Shown: piece by piece, positions 25,526 to 32,000 of the stretch | Position numbering within the stretch: position 1 is the stretch's first letter | Layout of the letters: each line of letters begins with the position of its first letter | Assembly (NCBI RefSeq): GCF_000008665.1 | Contig: NC_000917.1 | Coordinates: 30,001-62,000 of the forward strand | Origin: Archaeoglobus fulgidus DSM 4304 | Lineage (GTDB): Archaea; Halobacteriota; Archaeoglobi; Archaeoglobales; Archaeoglobaceae | Direction of reading: 5' to 3' | Length of the DNA stretch: 32,000 bases | Notes under the pieces: model-generated | Told to the model about the DNA's origin: nothing | Database searches by the model: none | What the model saw: only the letters and a program-made list of their open reading frames with translations | Position numbers and translations under genes: made by a program

Positions 25526-26764
25526 TTAAAAAGGCTTCTGAATGGTCGCATCAGGGAAAACAGCCACCTTCTTTTCCTCTTTCCCAACCTCTTCCACCAT
25601 CTCCTCCAGAGTTTTCACCCTCACGACTTCATCGTAAACCTCAAGCCACGGCTGCTTCTCCTGATACTTAGAAACGAAAATCACCTTTCCAGCCCTTTTG
25701 AGCGTGTCTGGAGGTGGGAGGTAAAGAAATCCTCCCTTCCTCCTCATTCCCCACCTTCCGTGGATGTAGTGGCTTATCTGCCCGGTTTTCGAGTTGCAAA
25801 CCACGACAAGAGTTCCTCCCTGCTTGAGGCAGAGGGAGGGCCACGTTGCTATGGCAGCTTCACTTGCCTTGCTGTAGGCGTTGGAAATAACAACGTCAAA
25901 CTCAAATCCAATCTGCGTTGCATAGTGCTTCCTCGCCTCCTCCACCCCTTTTCTCTGAGCCTCAACAATATCTCCCGCAAAAACGTGTGTGTTCTCCCTC
26001 CTCGTGTTAACGAGAGAGTTCACAATGAAGTCAAACTTCGCCATCCTCGCCGCCTCCTCCGCATCTCTTCGCATCACATTCTCCTCGTTCACTCTGCCGT
26101 AGGCCATCTGACAGGTTGGATGAAGCTCTCTCACAGCCATAGCGGCGCTCCACCCTCCTATGACGCCGTGATTGTAGGCTATGCTCCTCATTCCTGCAAT
26201 TCCAGGCAAAACAATCTTCGCTCCACCGCTGTAGCCAAACTGCGGATGGGGCAGAATGCACCCTAAGCCAATTTTGAGGGAGTAGCTCATAACCTCAGAG
26301 TTTATCTCCACCGGCGTACCTGCGGAGGTTTCGCCCAGATAGTCAAGGTTGCCGAGCGGGTTGTGGTTGAAGACGGGATAGCTCTCCACAATCTCCTCGC
26401 CGAGCTTCTTCGCAAAATCATCCCTGTCGTAGGTGCCGTGAGCACCATTGGCGCAGATGAAGGTGATGTTCTCATCCGAAACCCCTCCCCTCTTCAATTC
26501 CTCAATTACCGCTTTAGCAATCCCCTTAAGCTTCGTCGGCCTCGTCATGTCGTCGAAAACCACAACCGCCTCTCCCCTCTCCTCGGCAAGCTTTGAAAGT
26601 GCCTTCTGCCCGATTGGCTCCCTCAAAACCCTAAAAATCTCCTCTTTTTCGACCTCTCTGGCAGAATCCCCCGCCATCCTGAAAACGCTAACTTCCCAGC
26701 TTTCCGGCGGCTCAAAAAGTAAAGGTTTATCACCATACCATATGTCGCTCGGAAGTTCAATCAT
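25526..26764 (-). CDS. LarA-family (nickel-pincer-nucleotide dependent) 2-hydroxyacid racemase/epimerase homologue
   Basis: 412 aa. DDMTRPT, CANGAHGTY and LPHPQFGYSGGAKIVLPGIAG..AYNHG parallel the L. plantarum LarA motifs SDHTRP, ATGFHR and SHFFAGFSGGRKSVLPGIAS..ANHS. These include the cofactor-binding Lys and the His residues. Confidence 0.75.
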   Translation of the reverse strand: MIELPSDIWYGDKPLLFEPPESWEVSVFRMAGDSAREVEKEEIFRVLREPIGQKALSKLAEERGEAVVVFDDMTRPTKLKGIAKAVIEELKRGGVSDENITFICANGAHGTYDRDDFAKKLGEEIVESYPVFNHNPLGNLDYLGETSAGTPVEINSEVMSYSLKIGLGCILPHPQFGYSGGAKIVLPGIAGMRSIAYNHGVIGGWSAAMAVRELHPTCQMAYGRVNEENVMRRDAEEAARMAKFDFIVNSLVNTRRENTHVFAGDIVEAQRKGVEEARKHYATQIGFEFDVVISNAYSKASEAAIATWPSLCLKQGGTLVVVCNSKTGQISHYIHGRWGMRRKGGFLYLPPPDTLKRAGKVIFVSKYQEKQPWLEVYDEVVRVKTLEEMVEEVGKEEKKVAVFPDATIQKPF

Positions 26765-26783
26765 GCTTTAAAGTTAATTTTTA

Positions 26784-26791
26784 CTATAAAA
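26784..26791 (-). promoter_or_regulatory. Putative TATA box (TTTTATAG on the minus strand) for the LarA-like gene
   Basis: Its proximal edge is 20 nt upstream of the ATG at 26764. Confidence 0.35.
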
Positions 26792-26823
26792 CGGTTGTTG
26801 CTTTTTAATCCATTAACTGCAAA

Positions 26824-26831
26824 TTTTATAT
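26824..26831 (+). promoter_or_regulatory. Putative TATA box (TTTTATAT) for the SAM synthetase gene
   Basis: It ends 31 nt upstream of ATG 26863. AGGTGAG (26853-26859) lies between them and is a possible SD, so this gene may have a short leader. Confidence 0.3.
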
Positions 26832-26862
26832 TTCCTCCCATAAGCGGAGTTCAGGTGAGTCT

Positions 26863-28062
26863 ATGCCGAACATATTCGTTGAGGAACTGGTTCACACTCC
26901 TATAGAGAAACAGGTCATTGAAATAGTGGAAAGAAAGGGCATCGGTCATCCTGATAGCTTGGCTGACGGGATGGCTGAGGCTATGAGCAGAGAGCTGAGC
27001 AGAGAGTACATCAGAAGGTTTGGGGCGGTGCTGCATCACAACACTGACGAAACACAGATCGTTGCCGGCCGCTCAAACCCACAGTTCGGTGGTGGAGAGG
27101 TCATCGAGCCGATTTACGTCCTGCTGGTGGGAAGAGCGACGAAGTTCTTCAATGGTGAGTACATTCCCACAGACAAAATCGCCCTGAAGGCTGCGAGAGA
27201 CTACATAAGGCAGCACATGCAGAACCTCGACCCTGAGCTGGATGTGGTCTTCAACGTCAGGCTGGGTGAGGGGAGCACCGACCTGCAGGACGTTTTTAGG
27301 AGAAAGAGTGGAAACGTTGCCCTTGCCAACGACACGTCGTTCGGCATAGGTTTTGCTCCTCTCTCTGAAACTGAAAGGCTGGTTTTCAACGTTGAGAGGA
27401 GAATCTACGAGGAGTTCAGGAAGAAGAATCCTGCAATCGGAGAAGATGTTAAGGTAATGGGGCTGAGGGAGAAGGACAGAATTTCTCTCACAATCGCCGC
27501 AGCCTTCGTTGACAGGTATGTTGCCAACATTAAAGAGTATGACGCAATTAAAGAGGAGCTTGAGAACTTCGTTAAAGAAATTTCTTCCGAGTACACCGAG
27601 AGGGAGGTGGAAGTTTTCGTAAATACCGCCGACGACTACGAGACTGGCTGCGTATATCTGACAGTTACCGGCACCTCAGCGGAGAACGGAGACGACGGGA
27701 GCGTTGGAAGGGGCAACAGGTGCAACGGCCTCATCACCCCCGGCAGACCGATGAGCATGGAGGCGAGCAGTGGCAAAAACCCCATCAACCACGTAGGCAA
27801 GATTTACAACCTCCTTGCCAACCAGATCGCAGCAAGAATTGCTGAAGAGGTTGAAGGCGTTGAGGAAGTCTATGTCAGAATTCTAAGCCAGATTGGCAAG
27901 CCGATAAATGAGCCAAAAGCCCTGAGCGTTCAGGTTATCCCGAAAAGCGGCTACGACATTTCAAAGCTCGAAAGGCCCGCAAGGGACATTGCAGAGGAGA
28001 TGATTGCCAACGTTGGCAAGATAACTGACATGGTTATTGAGGGGAAGGTCAGAACCTTCTGA
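26863..28062 (+). CDS. mat: Archaeal-type S-adenosylmethionine synthetase (methionine adenosyltransferase)
   Basis: [45 protein letters not shown] and [10 protein letters not shown] are hallmarks of the archaeal MAT family. Confidence 0.9.
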   Translation: MPNIFVEELVHTPIEKQVIEIVERKGIGHPDSLADGMAEAMSRELSREYIRRFGAVLHHNTDETQIVAGRSNPQFGGGEVIEPIYVLLVGRATKFFNGEYIPTDKIALKAARDYIRQHMQNLDPELDVVFNVRLGEGSTDLQDVFRRKSGNVALANDTSFGIGFAPLSETERLVFNVERRIYEEFRKKNPAIGEDVKVMGLREKDRISLTIAAAFVDRYVANIKEYDAIKEELENFVKEISSEYTEREVEVFVNTADDYETGCVYLTVTGTSAENGDDGSVGRGNRCNGLITPGRPMSMEASSGKNPINHVGKIYNLLANQIAARIAEEVEGVEEVYVRILSQIGKPINEPKALSVQVIPKSGYDISKLERPARDIAEEMIANVGKITDMVIEGKVRTF

Positions 28063-29158
28063 CAATATTTTTGTAAATTTTTGCCGTTCTGTAAAGCTCC
28101 TCCACGTAAACGAACTCGTCCTCACCGTGCAAATTCCCCCCACCCGGACCCAAGTAGAATGCGGGAACTCCGTGCTTTCTGACGTGCCTCGTATCTCCAA
28201 CACCCAAGGAAAACACAGCCTTCGGCCTCAATCCCTCTTCCCTTATTGCCTCGCTCATAATTTTCAGCAGCCTTAAGTCATCCTCAAGCTTAACAGCATC
28301 GCAGCCAACACCGTAGGGCTGCAGAAAGCCCTCCACCCTGAACTCCATGTTCTCGGCGTAAAGCTCTCTTCTCACTTCTTCAACGCTTATCCACGGGGCG
28401 AATCTTACGTCGGCGTAAACCGTGCACTTCGGAGCAACAACATTCCTCTTAACCCCTCCCCTAATCATAGAAGGATTGAAGACCGCATGCCAGCTTTTAA
28501 CAGCAAAATCCATGCCGAGCTTGCTGAAAATTTCCCTATAGCTCCCAAAATCCCCCTCAAGCCCTCTGAAGGATTCAACTTTCTCAACGATGTACTCGGA
28601 GGCTCTGTATATCGCCCCCTCCTTAGCGTCGTGAGAGGCTGTGTGCCCCGAATTTCCCTTGAACTCTATATCCAACGCCAAAACGGCAGCTTGCAAAACT
28701 CCGATGCTCTCACTCCCCGTCGGCTCCCCTATTATGACTGCATCAGCCTTTTCCCTTTCAAAAACATATCCGAGCCCATTAACCCCTCCAACCTCTTCAT
28801 CTGAGGTGAAGGCCAGCTTCAGCCCGCACTCAGGCTCTATCTGCGAGGCTGAGCAAATTGCCGCAACACAGCCCTTCGCATCACAACTCCCCCTCCCGTA
28901 GAGCTTTCCGTCAACAATGACGGGGTTCAGAAGCTCGTCTCCAGCAGGAACGGTATCGAGGTGGGAGGTGAGCATGATTTCGGGTTTGCCCCTGCTGATG
29001 TAAACAACGAGATTCTCCTTACCCTCCTCCTTCGCGTAAATCCTTTGCTCGTAGGACGAGAAAAGCTGTGAAAGATACTCGACAGCCTCAGTAGTCACTC
29101 CGGGAGGGTTGCGGGTGTCTATTTTTATGAGGTCTTTGGTTATCTCAAGGGGGTCCAT
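28049..29158 (-). CDS. M20-family metallohydrolase (ArgE/DapE/LysK-like deacylase)
   Basis: [35 protein letters not shown] and GHTASH are typical M20 metal-binding and catalytic motifs. Overlaps the mat 3' end by 14 nt (convergent). Confidence 0.75.
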   Translation of the reverse strand: MDPLEITKDLIKIDTRNPPGVTTEAVEYLSQLFSSYEQRIYAKEEGKENLVVYISRGKPEIMLTSHLDTVPAGDELLNPVIVDGKLYGRGSCDAKGCVAAICSASQIEPECGLKLAFTSDEEVGGVNGLGYVFEREKADAVIIGEPTGSESIGVLQAAVLALDIEFKGNSGHTASHDAKEGAIYRASEYIVEKVESFRGLEGDFGSYREIFSKLGMDFAVKSWHAVFNPSMIRGGVKRNVVAPKCTVYADVRFAPWISVEEVRRELYAENMEFRVEGFLQPYGVGCDAVKLEDDLRLLKIMSEAIREEGLRPKAVFSLGVGDTRHVRKHGVPAFYLGPGGGNLHGEDEFVYVEELYRTAKIYKNIVRRF

Positions 29159-29217
29159 GAGTTGAGTGGGTAGGCATTGTTATAGCTGTTGCCCTTTATC
29201 CCTTTTGATTCCAAAAA

Positions 29218-29232
29218 CTATCATAATGATAG
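29218..29232. promoter_or_regulatory. Perfect 15-nt palindrome CTATCAT-A-ATGATAG in a divergent intergenic region
   Basis: Read directly. It lies between the M20 gene start (29158) and the hypothetical gene start (29291). Confidence 0.3.
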
Positions 29233-29290
29233 TGAATTACATGATTTTATGCGAAAGATTTATTAAATCAAAGTTTACACAAAATTTACA

Positions 29291-29767
29291 ATGGCAGTAT
29301 CAATCGAGGAGTTCTCGCGCATAATAATCGCAACTCTGGACCTCAATTTTCAGATACTGGAGAACTTCTTCACGCTGCTGGTAGTTTCAGCAACAAACTC
29401 CTCCCTCGTTTCTCAGGGAGCAAATCTCAACTTTTCCAACGTTTGGGGGCTGATTTACGGTGGGCTTGTGTCGAACTACTGGAACAGCTTCGCCATACAC
29501 GAAGTTTTAAACGCGACGCAGCACAACGTTTCAGCGATGAAAAACTTCTCTATTGCGATCAACTACCTCGGGAGCAACGCCACAACCGTGTTTGGCGATG
29601 CAGAGGGGACGAAGGGTGTGACGTACCTCCAAAAAGGAATTTACGATTACCTCAAGAGCAACCCGCAGGAAGCGGAGAACCTCGCAAGCAGCCTATCGAG
29701 GATGTTCAAGGCTGAGGTGGAGTTCCTGATAAAGCTCATGGGGGCTGTGAACACGACCTTCACGTGA
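29291..29767 (+). CDS. Hypothetical small protein, N-glycosylation sequon-rich
   Basis: 158 aa with no family recognised. It has seven N-x-S/T sequons (NSS, NFS, NAT, NVS, NFS, NAT, NTT). A hydrophobic stretch FFTLLVVSA lies near the N-terminus. Confidence 0.5.
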   Translation: MAVSIEEFSRIIIATLDLNFQILENFFTLLVVSATNSSLVSQGANLNFSNVWGLIYGGLVSNYWNSFAIHEVLNATQHNVSAMKNFSIAINYLGSNATTVFGDAEGTKGVTYLQKGIYDYLKSNPQEAENLASSLSRMFKAEVEFLIKLMGAVNTTFT

Positions 29768-30775
29768 CGTAGAAGGGGACGGGAGTAAAGCAGAGAAGAG
29801 CCAGAATGAAGGCGATAACACCGACTGCGTATCTTTTCAGGTCAAGCGGAGTTTCATCGTCAGCAGGCTTTGGGTGTCTTTGCATGGAGAAGAAGAGGGA
29901 GATAAACCCCCAGAAAAACCAGATTGTGTTTGGCTGGTTGAGCTGCATCATGAGAAAGAATCCGTAGGCAAACAGCAAAAAGGGAACAACTCTTGAAATT
30001 TTCTCGCTCGCCTCTCCAAGCATGGCCCTCAGCACATGACCGCCATCAAGCTGACCGACGGGAATCATGTTCAGGAACGTGACGAAGAACCCGACCCATC
30101 CGGCGAAGGCTACCGGATGGATGGCCTCTTTTTGGTAATTTGTTAGGTAGAGGATTGCATCGAAAATCGGCGGTGTGCCTATGTATATTGTCGGCTCGCT
30201 GGTGAGCTCGAACGGAAGCTGAAGACCGATCAAAACGACAATTACCGACGCAATAATCCCGGTGATAGGCCCGCTCACGCCGACATCAAAGAGCGCCTTT
30301 CTGCTTGGAATTACGCCCCTATGTCTGATCACAGCCCCAAGCGTTCCGATGATAGTTGGAAAGGGGATGAAGTACGGAAGTGAGGTCTTCATTTTCCACC
30401 TTCTTGCCGCGAAATAATGCCCCATCTCGTGGCTGCCGAGGACGAACATTATGGCGAGGGAGAACATCAAACCGCCTGCGAGGTTTATCTTCTCACCGTA
30501 GAAGGTTGAACCAACGGCTGTGGTGGTAATGAGGGTTGCATGAAGAGGATTATGTTGGTCAGGTAGCTCTCCTTCCTCTCAATCTCCTTCAGCTCAAGGA
30601 CCATCTCACCGTATTGATACCTCAGCCCCACCTCGTAGCTCTGAGAGAGAAGGTGAAGCAGCTTCCTGATTTCGCTTTCAGGCGAAAGGGGAACTACGTA
30701 GAATCTGACAGTCTTACCGATTTTCTCCTCGCCGTATATTCTGAAGTGCTTCTCTATCTCCTCTCTCACATTCAT
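29760..30775 (-). pseudogene. M50 site-2 protease family metalloprotease, split into two ORFs by a 1-nt frame discontinuity near 30536-30545
   Basis: The downstream ORF has HEMGHY (HExxH) and NMIPVGQLDGGH (NxxPxxxLDG). The upstream ORF (30485-30775) ends ..ESYLTNIILFMQPSLPP..*. The protease frame, read upstream of its TTG, gives ..HATLITTTAVGSTFYGEKINLAGGLMFSL. The total span of 1016 nt is not a multiple of 3. Confidence 0.7.
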
Positions 30776-31170
30776 TCTATCAGCTCTACATACCCCTCAT
30801 CCGCGTTAACAACTACACGGTCTCCTGTCTTCACCGCCTCAAAGAACTTCTCGTCTCTAACCTCCACAAGAGGTATCTCGGCCATAGCAGCACCCACGGC
30901 AATTATAGTCTCGGTTTTTTTGTTTATGATTGCTTTGGGAGCCACACCATTCTTCCTGAGGTTGAGCAAAACGTAGGAGCCAACGGTTGAGCCCTTCCCA
31001 CCGGGAAAAACGAGTATTCTTCCCGCGACACTTTCGCCTTTTATCTCGCAGTCCTCTTTCACAATGCCCGTTTCCTTGTCAATACCACCCAGAAAAGAGA
31101 TGTATTCCTTTGTTACCAAAGCCTCTCCTTCGGCCCTACCCCTGGTTATCGCTCTGCAGGCGAACTTCAC
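30772..31170 (-). CDS. Aconitase X swivel-domain protein (DUF126), AcnX small subunit; putative phosphomevalonate dehydratase small subunit
   Basis: 132 aa. GRAEGEALVT.EYISFLGG.D..TG, GRILVFPGGKGSTVGSYVL and GVAPKAII fit the DUF126 pattern. An ATGA overlap joins it to the downstream S2P N-terminal ORF. Confidence 0.65.
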   Translation of the reverse strand: MKFACRAITRGRAEGEALVTKEYISFLGGIDKETGIVKEDCEIKGESVAGRILVFPGGKGSTVGSYVLLNLRKNGVAPKAIINKKTETIIAVGAAMAEIPLVEVRDEKFFEAVKTGDRVVVNADEGYVELIE

Positions 31171-31190
31171 AAGTAAAATAGATTAATGTG

Positions 31191-31331
31191 TTATATGGCT
31201 TTTACCCTCTTCTTCTTTGCGAGGGGGCGGGGCTTTATGAGTATCCTTCCTCCGCAGTTCGTGCACTGAACGAGGCTTTTTTCAGTGTCTATATCTACTT
31301 CAGCCCCACATATGAGGCACACGTAGGACAT
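31191..31331 (-). CDS. rpoP: DNA-directed RNA polymerase subunit P (Rpo12/RpoP), zinc ribbon; not in the ORF track (46 aa)
   Basis: Hand translation of the minus strand gives MSYVCLICGAEVDIDTEKSLVQCTNCGGRILIKPRPLAKKKRVKAI*. It has CxxC...CxxC and the RILxK tail typical of RpoP. It starts 3 nt after the L37Ae stop. Confidence 0.8.
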   Translation of the reverse strand: MSYVCLICGAEVDIDTEKSLVQCTNCGGRILIKPRPLAKKKRVKAI

Positions 31332-31334
31332 TTT

Positions 31335-31586
31335 TTACCCCACTGACTTCTCAACAATTTTGCCTCCAGGCGTTACCGGCTGGTAGCATCCTCCAGCGAA
31401 CTTGTATCCGCAGTGCCTGCACTCCCAGATTCCCGTTCCTGATCTTTTCACTGCCTTCTTGCCGCATTTTTTGCAGACATACTTCTGCCTCTGAACCGCC
31501 TCGATTTCCAGCCAAGTTCTTCTGACTCTGAGGCCATATCTTGGTCCGAACCTGCCTGCTGACCTCACTTTCTTCGTTCTGCCCAT
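31335..31586 (-). CDS. rpl37ae: 50S ribosomal protein L37Ae (eL43)
   Basis: MGRTKKVRSAGRFGPRYG...CKKCGKKAVKRSGTGIWECRHCGYKFAGGCY is the canonical L37Ae zinc-ribbon sequence. Confidence 0.9.
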   Translation of the reverse strand: MGRTKKVRSAGRFGPRYGLRVRRTWLEIEAVQRQKYVCKKCGKKAVKRSGTGIWECRHCGYKFAGGCYQPVTPGGKIVEKSVG

Positions 31587-31608
31587 GCGATTAACGTGGT
31601 CTTATTGC

Positions 31609-31615
31609 ATTTAAA
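31609..31615 (-). promoter_or_regulatory. Putative TATA box (TTTAAAT on the minus strand) for rpl37ae
   Basis: Its proximal edge is 23 nt upstream of the ATG at 31586. Confidence 0.35.
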
Positions 31616-31624
31616 CGTTTTCCA

Positions 31625-32000
31625 CTAAAAGGAAAGGTAGGTTTTCTGATGCCTCAGGTACTCCCCCCTGTCAACCAGGTTCTCCACAAACACCTTATCT
31701 TCGGGAAGATTGCTCAGCTCGTCAGATGAATGCCTGCTTCTCCCTATTCCAAGAACGTCGTCGAATCTGTTGCAAACGAAAACAATTGAGTTTTCCCCGA
31801 ATTCAGAGGCTCTCTCAACTGAACCTGCGAAAATGTCCCTGCCGTAGAGGAACAGCATCTCCCCCCGTTCATTCACCCACACTCTGTTCCTGCTGTTTCT
31901 CAGAAGCCAGAACGTACCTTCAAGGGAGAACCTGAACCTTCTCCCCACCTCCCCAATTTTGACTCCTGCGTAGTGCGGATTAAGCTCTCCAATCACGCCG
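31625..32000 (-). CDS. PUA-domain protein, Nip7-like ribosome-biogenesis homologue (probably truncated by the window edge)
   Basis: The C-terminal ..VFVENLVDRGEYLR.. resembles the aDiGEYLR ending of Nip7/UPF0113 PUA domains. The ORF-track start is a GTG at 31996, 4 nt from the window end, so the true N-terminus may lie outside. Confidence 0.5.
   Translation of the reverse strand, partial: GVIGELNPHYAGVKIGEVGRRFRFSLEGTFWLLRNSRNRVWVNERGEMLFLYGRDIFAGSVERASEFGENSIVFVCNRFDDVLGIGRSRHSSDELSNLPEDKVFVENLVDRGEYLRHQKTYLSF

Overview
This window is a compact, gene-dense archaeal chromosome segment. Several proteins look like Archaeoglobus fulgidus proteins to me: SepCysS, a short AglB/STT3 paralogue, archaeal-type SAM synthetase, L37Ae and RpoP. 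This is recognition from memory, not a database search.

Layout:
- Left part (1-8.3 kb): a TrmB-like regulator, a GYD protein, SepCysS, an Mth938-like protein, a Trm10-like SPOUT methyltransferase, an HD hydrolase, an HMG-CoA-synthase-like/DUF35 fusion next to an SCP-x-type thiolase, and a type I phosphomannose-isomerase-like cupin.
- Centre (8.7-24.2 kb): a glycan-biosynthesis block. It runs pcm, cobS, GT4, a GT2 Dol-P-hexose-synthase-like enzyme and AglB. A markedly AT-richer sub-block follows, with Wzt/Wzm ABC exporter genes, a GT4, a GDP-mannose-dehydratase-like gene carrying an in-frame TAG, a 1213-aa protein built of three GT4 modules, and a coiled-coil SAM methyltransferase.
- Right part (24.2-32 kb): a C25-like cysteine peptidase, a LarA-like protein, archaeal MAT, an M20 hydrolase, a sequon-rich small protein, a split M50 site-2 protease, an AcnX (DUF126) small subunit, RpoP (absent from the ORF track), L37Ae and a Nip7-like PUA protein.

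Main hunting result: the central block has the parts list of a bacterial ABC-transporter-dependent, chain-terminated polysaccharide pathway, placed next to an archaeal oligosaccharyltransferase.

Secondary results:
- The HMG-CoA-synthase fold fused to DUF35 appears catalytically dead.
- Reading-frame disruptions are unusually dense: an A8 frameshift, an ORF with no start codon, a TAG at a conserved Trp, a split S2P, and a possible split after the C25 peptidase.
- The methyltransferase coiled coil contains internal duplications.
- TATA boxes recur 20-23 nt upstream of start codons, implying leaderless mRNAs.

I found no tRNA, rRNA, CRISPR array, transposase or integrase.
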